A stretch of 64,000 nt of DNA from assembly GCF_964204865.1 (NCBI RefSeq), contig NC_135256.1, forward strand, positions 16,368,001 through 16,432,000, written 5' to 3'. Under the pieces are notes generated by a model. It made no database searches. It was given only the letters and a program-made list of their open reading frames with translations, and was not told where the DNA came from. The position numbers and the translations under genes were made by a program. This DNA comes from Styela clava (lineage: Eukaryota). Positions within the stretch are counted from its first letter, which is position 1. Each line of letters begins with the position of its first letter. Below are positions 1 through 20,175 of this stretch, one piece after another.

Positions 1-121
1 TTTTGCGCTGGTTTCCTTCTGTTTTGCGCTGGTTTCCTTCTGTTTCGCGCTGGTTTCCTCTGTTTTGCGCTGCTTCGCGCTATTTTGCGCTGTTTTGCGC
101 TCTTTGCGGTGTTTCGCGCTG
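1..121. repeat. Degenerate tandem repeat (ttttgcgctggtttccttctg-like units, core ttcgcgctg)
   Basis: Three ~20-21 nt units, then shorter ~10 nt tt(t/c)gcgctg units; runs off the window start. Confidence 0.8.
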
Positions 122-241
122 TATTCAGTAAGTAGTAAGACCCTTGATCGACTACTACAGCAAATGGCCTGACGTTATGTTTACTTCGAAAGTACGTCAG
201 AGAAATATTAAACATAGTTAAGATGCTATTCAACAATTTCT

Positions 242-547
242 TTGTATATATATAGATGCACTAAACATGCTACTACTGGACATTCTCCTTCTCTTCTGCT
301 ACACAATAGACAAATGAGAACTGGTCTTGATATTCCTGAAATTCACAATATGATGAAAGACTGGTCAAGTAAAAAAGTGTACGAACATGTTATGAAGAAA
401 CAAAATGCAAGTAAAGAATATACTTATGGGAAACGTGGTGCTAAACAACTTAATTTGAATATTGGTGACTATGTGAGAATTAAAAAATCTGGTCATGTTG
501 CAAAAGGTCAAATGATGGTCGTAGATCAAAATTTCTTCTTGTGCTAA
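242..547 (+). pseudogene. Ty3/Gypsy integrase C-terminal remnant
   Basis: Translation YRCTKHATTGHSPSLLLHNRQMRT...LNIGDYVRIK matches the YRxTPHxTTGxSPAELL / GDxV pattern of Gypsy integrase C-termini; followed by a PPT and LTR. Confidence 0.75.
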
Positions 548-769
548 TCCTAAATCTGTACAAAATGATGCTTTATCTGATTCTAATGATACTGTGATAC
601 CTGCTATTGATAATACTGCCGATGATAATTATGACACTGTTAATTCTGAATTTGCTCGTAGAAGCTCTAGAATTTGTGTACCTCCAAAAGGGCATAGAGA
701 TTATCAAATGTGATTTGTGCATGCTTATATTGCTTTTGTACTTTGCTCATGTACATAAGTTTTTTTTTC

Positions 770-942
770 AAAGGGGGAAATGTGGTATACTGTGTTATGG
801 CTCCCATTATTTCATGCATGAGTGACCTTGGTTTCTCTCTCGCTCTTCTTTCTGTTGATGCTTAAGTCAATGACTGTGTGTTTCTGTAATACATTTTGAA
901 TATCTACAAACATCGTCTATTCTTCGAGTTCACGACACAACA
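770..942 (+). mobile_element. Polypurine tract plus short 3' LTR (781-942) of a degenerate Gypsy element
   Basis: aaagggggaaa immediately precedes TGTGGT at 781; the segment ends ACAACA at 942 (TG...CA with an imperfect terminal inverted repeat). Confidence 0.65.
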
Positions 943-1700
943 AAATACATTTGATCACTACCGGTACACGCCAACGGTACATATATATCATCTTGTACAG
1001 ATGCATATAAATATATTTATGTTTAAAAACAATGTGGTAGGTACCGGTATGAATTGACAATAAGTTCACATTAAGCTATTTGCCGAAACAAATAAATGAC
1101 GTGCCAAGAATGTACATAGGCAGAAAATTAATGAGTACACATATATATATATCATGAAATAAGTCGCAGTCAAACATTAATTCCCCAATTGAATCCTATT
1201 CAAATTTGGAAGAAATGCACACTTTTCAAATAATAATAATATGTAGTACAGATATATATAACGTAGAGCAATTAAATTGTAACTCTCATTATTATAGCCA
1301 AGAAATTATTAGCCAACTAACTTTAATATACCGACAACGATCAAGTTGTGTTCCGAAAGAAGTAGCCTACTTCTGCATTGGTCCACTAAATATCTTTTTT
1401 CTGTCCAATGATCTAAAGATGACCTCAAAAACGGCAATATAAATCGATTTATTTTATAGCCCATGCAACTTTGAAAAAATTTGGTAACTGTTCCACTACT
1501 GTGAAAAGTCTTTTATTTGGGACATATTCTTGCAATATTTGTTCCTGCCAGCTCTGGATTTTCTTAATGATTATAATTGAAAAGTTAAAATATCGTATCG
1601 CGTAATTCAGTGCATTTGTAGATCTTACTTAGAGTATCCGACACAGAATCGAAGCAGTTCATTTACATGAGTATTCAAATCAAATTTCTGGACTTGTGAC

Positions 1701-1976
1701 CAGTGTTCCCTCTAAGGTGTGCGCGTGTGCGCGCGCACACAGCTTTCAGAGGGTGCGCACACGAATAGATTTACTGCGCACAAACGTATTTCGATGTAAT
1801 GTAACAATGTGCTCGGTTGGCAGGTTGAGAAAGTTTGTTGTTGACCCACTTATTACCCGGTTAGAACGCCGAAATTTCTTCATTGGTTTTTGCACAAATA
1901 TCAGTCATTTCCAAAAAAGCGCGCACACACTAAAATTTCTGCGCACACATACTACAAAAAATTAGAGGGAACATTG
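1701..1976. mobile_element. Non-autonomous hAT-type MITE
   Basis: TIRs cagtgttccctctaa / ttagagggaacattg; exact 8-bp TSD cttgtgac at 1693-1700 and 1977-1984. Confidence 0.92.
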
Positions 1977-2263
1977 CTTGTGACTGTACAATCCGAATTT
2001 GGCTGACTCAACAACAGCGGATTTCTCATAGGTTCGCCTTCTACAGATAGTTGACAATTGCACATAAACTGCGCAATGAACAAATTCCAGCTTGGATGAT
2101 CAGTAGTAATAAAAGATACATAATGAAATTTCAAAATGTCTACTAACAAACTCCTAGCTGTTGGTAAAGAGTATTTATGAAAACAAACGTTTTGAAGATA
2201 TTACAAATAATTTATAAAATTGTATTTATTTTAATAATAAGTTACCATGTTAAAGTAGTCAAT

Positions 2264-3760
<1,497 letters not shown>

Positions 3761-4430
3761 TTTCATTCATATTCTTGTGCAAAATCGAAAAGATGAAGAG
3801 CATCAGTGAGCTACCATTCTTATCCAATCCTCATTTTGAATTCTTATTTCATTGGTTGTGTATGTGGCGGATGTTACGGCGCGAGGGAATAAAAATTCAA
3901 GTATACCAAGTCTTGTCCATAACGGCCCAGCAAAAGACTCAATTGCTTCTGTTTCAATTTAAAATTTTATATATGCATTTTCTCGTGTATGAATTATATG
4001 AAAACTGATGTAATATGTAATCAGACGTTGTTTGAAGAAGGACTTTGAATTAGGGATTTGCCCTTATTTGAGTTTTTTTTTTTGAAATTTAAAGTAATTT
4101 AATAACCCACAAAACATATATTCCACGTATAGTCATGTGTAAATATGTTTATTTGAAGATATTGGTGTTATTCTCAAAAGCCGCCTTTTTTACGCACACA
4201 TTAAATATAGTTTTTAATTTCTCACAAAAAAGTGGTCTAACAAAAACGTTTTTTTTCTGCATACAGCAACAGGTGATTGATACAAACATTTTCCTCTAAT
4301 TTGTCTGATTTATTACAAAGTATGCACAATATCGAACATGACTATGTAGCTAAAATTTCACAGTCTTTGTATTCCAATAATTTCCAATCATCGATGAAAC
4401 ATTGGTGGTGAAGGCCAAGTTGTATGTTGA

Positions 4431-4698
4431 AACAAGAGAGCTATGCTCAAATATATGGACACGTAGCGCCACCCAATGGCAATAATTTTGATGACGTCAT
4501 AGCGAAAAAAAAAGTAATAGCCTTCTGGAGAAAAATTTTATCTTCAACCACTGAAAATTTCAAAGCAATTGGTCCAGTATTCGAAGAGAAAAGCGACTTT
4601 TTAAAAACGTGTCAAAGAACAAGAACAACAACAAGAACAACAAGAACAACAACAACATAATATTGAAACGATCGTTATGTCCACTACGTGTCCAATAA
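4431..4698 (-). mobile_element. DINE-1/Helentron-like non-autonomous element
   Basis: Subterminal inverted repeats tggacacgtag (4456-4466) / ctacgtgtcca (4684-4694), internal (aac/aag)n microsatellite, small terminal hairpin gagctatgctc. Confidence 0.55.
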
Positions 4699-4822
4699 AT
4701 AGTACATATCTATCTATGCATTTCTCGTTCGGCGTAAAGTCTAAAAGAAACTAAGAAGAAAAAAACAATTACTTCACAAATATAAAACTAGATTAAATAA
4801 AGGCATATTAAGCAGGCTTCTA

Positions 4823-7800
4823 TCACATTTCTACTAGATGAACTGTGTGAGAACTGAGGATTTTTCTATTACCATTTAACTTGTTAATTCTTGGAAAGCA
4901 ATACGATATCATAAATTTTAAAGCTTTGTCACTAAAAATTTTGAATATATATATATTTATTCTAATTTTTTATGGAGATGCGTATACATGAAAACTTACA
5001 GACGCAATCAGGTTTACTTGTAAATTCGAACTTCCCGTCTTCGTCGCATGCTGCACTTTCGTCTCCAATAATCCTCAGATAAGATGGATAACATCTGAGT
5101 TTGATTTTTGTTCCAGTGTTATACTCTTCTCTATCGGGATAGATCCGAATTCTTCGTTCAAATTGAGGTCGGGTACATTTTTTTCCTACTTTCTTTTCGC
5201 CTGATTATTCAATAACCCCAAATTTATTGTTATATTTATTCTATGTAGTATATAAAATTGAAATACTCAGTGTTTAGGATTCAAAATACAAGAAAATTAT
5301 TACATATGATTAGTAAACATGAAGTGTTTGCATACAACGAGACAGGCGACTCTTGGATAAATAATCTACTTACATTCTGGAATCTTGTCGTGAAATCGTC
5401 CGTCTAATTCACAAACAGCAATTGTTTTGCCATTAATTTGATATCCTGGATTACATGAATAACCAATTTGTTCACCAATATTATATCTTTTCTTACTCGG
5501 ACTGATCTTTAAACCGTTTGGAATATCCAGAGGCGCGATACAGCTGCTAGAAGTTTCATATTTTGCATCTGTGTCGGGAATACAAAAACAAACTGTATTT
5601 TATAAATACAGTAAATCTTCTTTTATCAAAGATTCTCGCTTTGTGTGTTTTGAAACTTTTCATTCCTTTTTTGAAGCAGAAAATATTCGGTACACCCTGA
5701 CGACAAATATCCCTCACGATCAGAAAACACTGGCATAAATATATGAAAAGAATAGCAAACTATGCCAATGAACCAATTGAAAATTGTGCTGATATTATGA
5801 CACAAACGTTTTGCACCTAAATTTCAATTACGATTTGAATTCATGATCAGAAAGTCTTCCAAATTAACGCCAAATTGAAATAGCATTACCTATCCTTCGA
5901 CAAACAGGAGGATTGGGTTCAAATTTCCCCGATTCTTGGCAAACAGAAGAATCGGCTCCCAACAATTGGAACCCATCAATACAAGTAAAAATAACAACTT
6001 CCCCGGGTACATATTCTTGTTTATCTTCTATCATTCGTCCATATTCTGATATGTCCGGTCGCGCACACTCATCTAAAGAATAATAGGATTATGAGCTTGA
6101 AAAAAAAATGCGAAATTGAATACAACATGAGATGAAATATTTACGATAGGATAGGATTTACATATTTATCCCGGGGAGAGGAAAGGCGGTAAGACGGCAT
6201 AACCATATGGCGAATCACGGCCTCTCGTCCGGAAACCATTCCATGTCGGGTATGGGATTAGTTAGTTATTTGTTTTCCGGAAGCATGGATTTGATAGTAC
6301 AGGAAGCCGTAAACGACCAGCGGTTACGTGAGCCTCCCCTACGGTACCAGTAGCCTATGGCACGAAACGTCACAGAATATTAATTTAATGTAATCTAACC
6401 GCTTGCGAATGTGGATTTCTGGTACTGTTTCTCGTAAAAATTCATTTTTGATTTGCCTTCTTCAAATATTTGGTATGTATACTACTTTTCATCAAGTATA
6501 TATATATATATGAATTATGGTTAATTTGCGGTATATTGGCAAGCTTTTACTAATATCAAATAATTGAAAATATTATTTACAAGCTTAAGTACTATTTCTC
6601 TAACCACTACGAAGTGTCTTTGAAAAAACATTTTGACTTACATTTGATACATAATGGAGGAGAATTATCATATTTTCCAGTACTTAAACATTCTGCACGG
6701 TCGTTTCCCACAAGTTTAAAATCTTGCTCACAATCGAAGAATACAGTTCCTCCAGCAAACACAATGTCGCTATAATCTCCGTATACCAAACCATGTTCCA
6801 CAAGTTTAGGTAATTTACAGAATCCTGCGTAAAAAAATGAAATATTGCAACAGAAAATAGGAAATTACAAAAAATGGAATATTCATTTTGAAATGAACAA
6901 TCCCGCCCATGCACATACCATTAAAATGGCTTGTTCGATTATTTATATTTGCTTTATATTTTAAAACTCCTTACTTAGACATTTTGGCACTCCCGGAGAG
7001 AGAAGTCCGTCCTTGTCGCAAAATGCTTGTGGGTCACCCAGCATTTCAAATCTACGGTTGCATTGAAACCTCACGCTTTTTCCATATGCGATCGAACCGT
7101 TTTCCGACATTTTTACAACACCATCTTGTAGTTCAGGGACAGTGCAAAATTTTTGTCTCTCAATTTTATTCGACGATTTCAAGCATACCGGTACATCTGG
7201 TTGCAAGGTACCGTCTTTGCGACAGACAGATTCGTTACTGCCATGCAACACGTAAGATTTGTAGCAATAATATTTCACTTTGCCTCCTTCTCTTATGTAT
7301 CGCCCGGAACTACTTACATACCCATTTTCAAGCAAAGATGGAGTTTTGCAAAAATTTGATGACGAATTTCGCGAAAATGCTGAAAATAATGATTGGGCAT
7401 GATATAAAATACATTTATCTCGATTATGTGTGTTTCAATGAAAAATAATATGAACATAATGAAATTGTGAAGTAAGAAGTTTCTCGTGATATTTCAAGGT
7501 ACAAATCTATTCCTTCCCCTGAGCTTATGACAAACGAGTTTGTCGCGGTCGAAGTTGATTATCTTCATTCCAAAAAAAAAAAAAAAAAAATTCAACTTAC
7601 ACTTTATATGTCTTTCTTCAACTTGAAATGATCTCGCGGAATCGCCACTATCTTGTGCTTTACTAAGCTTGCATGTCGGCACTTGATATGAAAACTTTCC
7701 ACTTTTCCTACACCGTATTTGACTTTTTCCTTGAATATCATATCCTTCGTTGCACGAATATTTAATGCTGTCACCATATGGGACGAAGTCATTGTAGTTG

Positions 7801-9579
7801 TATTCACCGTGTCCATTTGTGGGTGCCTTAGGAACCTTGCATCCTGAATGTTCTGTAGAAATAGCGTCATTGCACGTGCCGTCGTCAATTATATGTTTTG
7901 TTATTATTTAATAATATGTTTTAATTTGTAAGTGAACGACATTTACAGCATGACTACGGTTGGTTATTTTTCTAAAACAAAACGATATTCACGAAAATGT
8001 TCTATGTTTACCCAAAATTCAAATCGGGTGTCTAGTATATAGAACTTACCTCCGTTTTTTTCACATCTGGGAGTTTCACCAGAAAAATCTCCGTCATTCT
8101 CACAAATTAATACAGCTTTTCCAATAAGATCATATCCAGTCCGACAACTATATGTTACAACAGTTCCGTTTGTCACTAAAGTAAGTTCTTTGGTATCAAC
8201 GTAGCCGTTTCTTGGTGCTCGAGAAACTGAACAGCCTTGTATTTTGATGTCACTTTTACCATCTAGATTTATTTGAATTACAGTATTTGTTTTTTGTGCA
8301 TTTTGGAGTTATGTATTGTTGATATATCATCAATACCGTTTCAGTATTTCCCAGTATAAATGCTGACAAAAAAATTCTTCATATTAGCCGCTGTACATTA
8401 GGTCGCGTGCTGAGCATGTACAAAAACAACAACAGAGTATAATACACAATAAAAGCTTTTTAAGGCCTAAATTTTTCACCGTCCGGTCGATTATTGATGT
8501 AATCCGTTCTCTATGTTTATCATATTTCATAATATTCTACTTACGACTCACTTTTCTCACATTTGGGTGGTGTTGATGACCACTTCCCCGTCAGCTTACA
8601 TGAAATTCTTTTCCCCCCTCGCAACTTATATTCTCTGTTGCATCTATATCGTATCGATATGCCGTTATAGAAACTTTGTTTGTTAGGACGATAAAATCCG
8701 TTTTCTAATTCTGGTGGCTTCTGACAAGACACTAAAATTACAATAATGAATGTAATATTCAACCATAATCGACCAAACTTTATCTATATAATTAGCACTG
8801 GAAAATTGTCACACATTTTGATGATAGCGCATTGATCTTTGGGCACTATCAAAAAGCGGAATGATTCGGATAAGATAAATCAAATATCATTCAATATTCA
8901 AATAATTTTATTCCATTTGCGACCAACATAAATAATAAAACAAACGTGTTATGTTATCCCAAAGCAATATTTGAAAACCGTCTTTATAGAGAGTGATTAT
9001 TGAGAAAATTTGCTCAAAACATGATTACACATTCTCATTCAGAATTGAAATATACTAATTTCAAGCAAAGGACAAATGATGGAATGGCAAAAGCCAATGC
9101 AAATTTATAAATTTTTGATATGCGCCAACTAATGCCTATTGACGTGATTCGCCAATACGATCATGAAAACAGCTATGAAGTAGGGATTTTCACGTAGATG
9201 AAATAAAACTTATTAAAACGCTGTTGGGAACTGATGGATAACGGCTTACAGCCAACTATAAATGTTTTTTTTTAAATAAGATTCGAAAATTTAATAGAAT
9301 GCATTCAGTTATAGGTAACTAGTCGGGGCCTGAAAAGCATAATCAAAGTATCCCACGCAACTTAGATTTTGTTGTGCTGTGGCACGCTAAGTACCGATAC
9401 CGATAGTTAATCAATGTTTTTTTTTTATCAAGTTGAAACTAATGATTTTAACTGATTAGTATTTTATTTGTAAAAGATTTAATTACATCATCTCGCTTAC
9501 CTCTCCTGCTGTCTGCTCCGTTTATATAACAACAACATAAATACACCGAAACATACAATATAATCCGAAAGTCTTCCAT
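4823..9579 (-). CDS. Secreted Sushi/CCP-repeat protein S1: signal peptide + 9 CCP, ~636 aa. Exons 9579-9501, 8731-8552, 8262-8050, 7852-7601, 7379-6975 (2 CCP), 6824-6642, 6072-5890, 5568-5374, 5200-5000, plus an uncertain short last exon near 4823-4853
   Basis: Signal exon MEDFRIILYVSVYLCCCYINGADSRR. Every internal exon is phase 1-1, a multiple of 3 in length, stop-free, and has the C-x2-P...G...C-x2-G(Y/F)...C...G...P-x-C pattern with GT-AG boundaries. Confidence 0.85.
6145..6350 (-). mobile_element. Probable truncated SINE-like interspersed repeat in an S1 intron
   Basis: GC-richer island that ends on the minus strand in a (tatcc)n-type tail (gataggataggat on +); no ORF or TIR. Confidence 0.4.
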
Positions 9580-10589
9580 TGCACTGGTATAATTTCCATT
9601 TTTCATCAGAAATACATTTTCTACAAAAACTTTTCGATAATGACCAAAACCAGATTTCATTATTGAGGCGTGTAATGATAATAACAAGATTGATCGAACT
9701 TAACTTGTCCCTAAAAAGCTTGACCATGCCAGGTTTGCTGTTTGGGACACACTGGTCAATTAGTTGAATATAATTATACGTAACGACATAATCTCTTTAA
9801 ACGCAATTATAAAAAAGATCTTACACTTCACTTCTGATTGCTTCTCGATCGCAATTACTTTGTCATTTCCTCCTTTCCCTTTAATTGCAGTTTTTGTTAA
9901 AGAGAGCTTGATTACGTTTTTATCAGAACGAGCAGGACTTCCAAGATACGGAAAAGAAAATTTTTCCGCTGATAATGTTGTGAATGTTATTGAGATATAT
10001 ACACTTTTACTTTTCAAATCTTTTAGTCATAAATTTAATGGTAATTCAAGCATCGTAATATGTCATTTCTTCAAAAACGAGTTTTTACTTCCAATCTTTT
10101 TCTCATCTATTATTGTTATTCATGTACATATTTCTACAGAGCACTTGTATTGTTAAATACATGTAATTGCATATGCGTAACGCATATGGATCTTGATTAA
10201 TTCACATTCAAATCAGACAAAATAAAAATTTTCATGCTTAAAAGTTCGGGGAAATCTCCAATGTTTTTAATATGGAGCGAGCCTATTTTGAATATAAGGT
10301 ATTTAATTACATACATGTATAAGCAAGTATAATATTTTATATAACAAACAATATTGCGAATGTTGTATTATCCTATATAAATTCGAACTAGCTTGCCACT
10401 GATTAAATAAAACTATTTATGACAAAAACTGGCAGATAATGTCATATTGCATGCCTTACACCAGTCCAAGTCTATGTTTATAATTACTAGATAAAAAATG
10501 GTGGCATTGAACTAATCCATGGGTGGTAAAACCAAAATTTATATTTGACATGTAATATAATATTGTTCACGAAACTCAGTTTTTACAAA

Positions 10590-12129
<1,540 letters not shown>

Positions 12130-12569
12130 CTTGAATTGATTCCTGTCTATTTTGTTTTAATTGAAATCCCAAATTTATGTTTCGTACTGATTCAATCAAG
12201 TTTAAACTTAACACGTGTTTAGTGTCAATAAATAAATAGTATCTTGGAAATCGATACGCAGTAATATTGTTTTTACTACCAATCCTATTTTTATGAGTGT
12301 GTTAGTGTTCAATGGAAACAGTACTGTTGTTAATAATAAACAATACTTGAAAAGTCCTTTCATACTTAATTAAAATGAAAGGTTATTTTAGTTGATTGAA
12401 TATTTTACCACTCACTTAGTTCTCTATTAATAAAACACTAAAAAATGCTCAACGATGTTCATACCTACTTCGCGAGCATATTTTTTAAATTCCTAAGATG
12501 ACATTTTTAGTCCATTGTCAATGACTAAAACTAAGATGTTGCCATCGAAAAAAAAAATATATATTTTCA

Positions 12570-13420
12570 AATGTTCATTAAAGATTGAGTAAACACTGTG
12601 TTTGTAGCCGCAACTTCAGGCCATTTTGGGTACAAGTCACTACTAAAATATATAATTCTGGGAGGCTGCTTGAATTTATTCAAAAATACACATCTATATT
12701 TTTTGCCTTGGATATGCCATCGGGATATTTCAAAAGTTTCGACGGAGGGTTGCAAAGCTTCAACGATTTTTCATAAGAATCATTATTCTTCATATCTGCA
12801 CCAAGACTCAAAACAAAAGTTCTACATAATTCTTCCATTCAGACAATACCTGGATGACCATAATGCGCCACATTTAAAACAGAACGTCTCAACGACTCTG
12901 GTATGACTCAAGAGTGCCTCTGGATATTGAATATTCATACCAGGTAGATAATTCGTTACGAATATTCTAGAACTTCATATTCTCCACTCACATTTTATGC
13001 CAGCGTTCGCGTATAAATCTGTATAATTCAACAAAAATATCATTAACTTCATAGTTTTTTTCCAGCCTGTATGAGATAACTGACGAACCTGTTCATATTT
13101 TCAAGACGTCAATTTTCCCTTTTAATCGACTCTTAGTCGAGATGGTTTTGTATAAATCTACTCAACATATCTGCAACTTGGTAATTCTTCCTGAAAATAT
13201 ATTTAGCATCAAAATTATACTGCAATAAACTCAATTGTTCATGTTCTAAACCAGTCATTTTTGTAGTCATAGTAATTGGCATACAATCAGTTCTTGACAA
13301 AAATTTACGACCATATAGATGATATACATGCAAGTGTTCAAAACTCAAAATACATGCCAATTCATGACGTTCACCAGTAGAGTATTTTTATCAGTTGCTG
13401 ATAGATAGTGTTCTGTATCT
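12570..13420 (-). pseudogene. Highly degraded Gypsy pol remnant (RNase H to integrase)
   Basis: Frameshifted fragments: KKYSTGER..LAC, HLYGRKF..RTD, LLQYNFD..Y...N..VADMLSR (RNase H), H.GHPGIV (integrase Zn finger), D.YPKWPEVA (integrase core). Confidence 0.7.
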
Positions 13421-14852
13421 TCTAAACTTTAAGTGAAGGCTACAGTTTTTGTAAGAAATGTTTTCTCATTTAATTATAGGCACGAGGTTGTGTTCTAAAA
13501 AAGTCTTTCGCAATATCTATTTTCCGTAGTCCTATTTTATAAGTGCAGTAGATTCATATTTGGTCAAATTAACTGATTGCTTATCCAAAATTTGATACTA
13601 ATAATTATTTACATGTATTATCCCCATGCTTTATAATACAAGAGTTCCGAATATTTATTTGAGTCAACTTGGCTGTCTATTTCGAACAATAATCTGGCAT
13701 CCGTAAATTCTCCCGCATGTCGCTCTCTTCTTTCTGTGTTATTAGTGAGCGCACCTCTATAATTAAGCTATGGAATTTTGTTATTTGTAAGTTAATTATT
13801 CATGTTTGTTTTTAGTTATTCATTTAATATTCGGAGTGATGGGGATATAAAAAGATTAAATTGTGTGTAACTGCCGGAGTAAACTGACTCACTGATGTCC
13901 ATTACTACTGCAACAAAGGCAAAGCAACAAATGTTGGATTGACTATTTGGGAACGGGCTTTTTAAGTATTTCTGGTGTTACTCGCACATTGAATCACACA
14001 ATATCATACTTAGGTGATAGCACCAATTATTACCTACAGGTTTCTCTCATTTGCTTTCTAATTTTGCAGTAAAACTAAACGATATTAATGGTCATTAATA
14101 TTGTTTTAATAGGAAGATAATGCGTGGGGTCTAAGCGTGAATCGAAATACAAATTGACCTGAGTCACGACTTTAGTATCAAATATTTTACAATACCGGTC
14201 ATCTACCTTCAGCTTATCAAAAACACCCATCTTCATTGACCAAGAGATTGGTGCCAAGCGGTCGCGGAAACTCTTCAGGTAATTTATAATTTTAGCGTCA
14301 CCACACAAAACTTTGAAGTGAAAAACGAATTCCATAGAACCTACATTTTGGGGGAAATATTTATGAGGTAGACAAGTGTGGTCAAGAATGATATATTTAA
14401 AAAAAATTATGCCACGCCCACTAGAAGTACTTGTGGTATTAAACTACACTTTACCCACAGGTGGTCGTTCCATAGTTCAGGATACCATGTCCAGACATGT
14501 AAACTACCTTTCAAAAGAAAATTGCCCCTAATTTGAATACTACTAATGTATGTGGTGAATGAATCATTTGACTCAGACATTGTTCAATTTATTTTAGGTT
14601 AATTTCAATTTCATTGTTCAAGTTAATGCAATTAAAGAAGTATTATTTTAAATCAGGCACCTACACGTTTACTTACTTATATATTTGTACGAATAGGACA
14701 GGTCGTAAAAGATGTACCTCACTTATCAGTTCAAAATACATGTTTGTTTGTTACTAGTGAGGAAGAGTTTAAAACGTTACAGATTCAAAAAAAAATAAAA
14801 CCATGGTCTTAGTGAAAGCCATGCGTTAAAAACAGAACTATTAGAAATTAAA

Positions 14853-16400
<1,548 letters not shown>

Positions 16401-17529
16401 AGACTCTGGTACAGCGCTGGCCTTAATTGCAAGTAGTAAATTTACATTTTTACCACTGAAAAGTATTTTGGACCAGGTTATATGTCCAAAAAAATTGCTT
16501 TCACTATTCATGAATTAATTTGATGGCGTCCCCTTTACGCAAGTACTTGAGAATATCAAACCCCATACATACTAGTGCTAAACAAGTATGATGACGTTAA
16601 TTCTTTGTGTTTGTAACTATCTTATTCAATGACAAAAGAAGTTTTATTTTTGAACTTATTTAGCATAGCAACTTTTGCAACATCACTCCATCGCACAAAA
16701 TTATGTCTCTATTTTCAGATATAATATAGGCCTATGCAACTTATTTATGGTTTTTATATTAAGAGTTTATCTTTGCATTTACAAGTTAGAAGTGATACAG
16801 TTTTATATATACAGTATTTTATTTATTCAGATTCATAAAAATGTTCTTTGAAAGAAAAAAACCTATCACAAACTTACGCTAATTCGTATTTCGTTCAATT
16901 TTTAGTATTCGATGGACGATTATTCTGAAAAGATATAAAACTATTGAGGATTATTATTATACGACTCAATTTGCCATTCTTTGGTTGTTTTAGCCGTCTA
17001 CAATTACTCACTGAAGTTTTAAATATTAAAACATTGTTAAACCGTAACATTATGGCTATACATTTCTGAATCTTCAACGCGATAAACGGTTTTAACAATT
17101 CCAGCAATTATCAGTAATTGCTTTCAAATGTACATAAAAACAATTTTTATGGTTATAATGTAATGAGTGTTCTATTAAATGAACCCGAGTATCACGTATT
17201 TCTCATACCTATTAATTTATTTTGCTCGTTCAATTTTTTTGAGTTTTCCCACTTTCGTCTATTTTTACGTCTATTTACTATGAAATATTAGTTTGTTTTT
17301 GAAACACAGGCGTCATAAAAAATGCCCCTAATTCAAATTGCGTAGAACACACATCTTGATAAAACCGACCTTTAACCCGGACAAAATCAGAAAGTGCTTA
17401 ACGTCTAGCGCTAGTGTATAGCCGAGTTCCTAATTACGTGCTTAAAGATGGCGCTACTGAACCAATGTACTTAAAATGAAACCAATATTCTATTTGGAAT
17501 ATAACATTGTTAACAGTATTTTCTTGAAT

Positions 17530-19083
<1,554 letters not shown>

Positions 19084-20175
19084 TTTAATTTGATTTCCAT
19101 TTGTTTTGTTTTTCACTGATGGCTTCTACGTTTTGATGTTTCGTTTTATACTAGATCAATCAAGTTTAAACTCTAAATGTGTTTAAAAACCAAACGCAGT
19201 TACAGTCTTTTTCTACATGTCTCATTTGTAAATATGAATTTATGTTCAATGCAGATTCTGCATTCTACACAAATTCTACGTTGTATAACAATACTCTTGT
19301 AAGTAATATTTTTTAAGTATAGTCAATTGAATATTTTACCACATACGAAAACAGCAGTGCGTTAATTTATTTATGACCTTGCTGGCAATAAACAATTTTA
19401 TCCAGTCTAATATATCTAATGTAGCTTGCATAGAATTTTATGATATATATACTAAATTACTTCAACATAATGCGTCATAATGAGAGATAACCAGAAGAGG
19501 TCGTTAGATAGCAATCACTCTAGGTTTCAAATAGATTTAATTGGTCGTGATCAGCCAATAGATGGTTAGCTGTAATGTCGCTAATTTATTTGAAATGCCA
19601 AAATGAAAGTGTTTTTTGTCTTGTATATATATGGTAAGCCTAAATATAGATGGGATTTCAATTTGATTTATGGCGGTAACCCAACGAAACTTAATATAAG
19701 CGAGGTTATGGTGACCAACTAACACCAGAGAGCCTATAAAAATAACAGTTATCTAAACATTCTAAAGCAACACACTGATCTTAATGCATTATATATAATT
19801 TAATTCTCAAATGAAAAAATAACATCAAAATGAAAAAAATGTACATAAATTAAAGTCACATACAACATTGACGAGTGCACTAAGTAATGAAATAATAATC
19901 CTGATTTAAATAATTTTACAATTTCGTGAGGAAAAAGAATAATGTCATGATGAAAGAACACATAATAGTACTAAACGATAAAGTTGATAATACAGCTCTT
20001 TTTGATTCTATTTCAATGGTGTAAAAAGTGTGTTGAGTTTGCATTGACGAGTGTTACAGTTTCCATATACAGTATGTAATTTACTCAGATGCAAAAGATT
20101 ACACATAATTGACAGAAACATCTATTTAACAAAACTTTTAAGCCAAGTCGTATTTCGCTTAATGAGTCGGTTCAA

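Noticed and set aside
1-121. CRISPR-like array
   Set aside because: No unique spacers, degenerate short units, eukaryotic context.
9760-10156. Overlapping ORFs between S1 and actin A2
   Set aside because: No recognisable homology or splice structure; likely intergenic.
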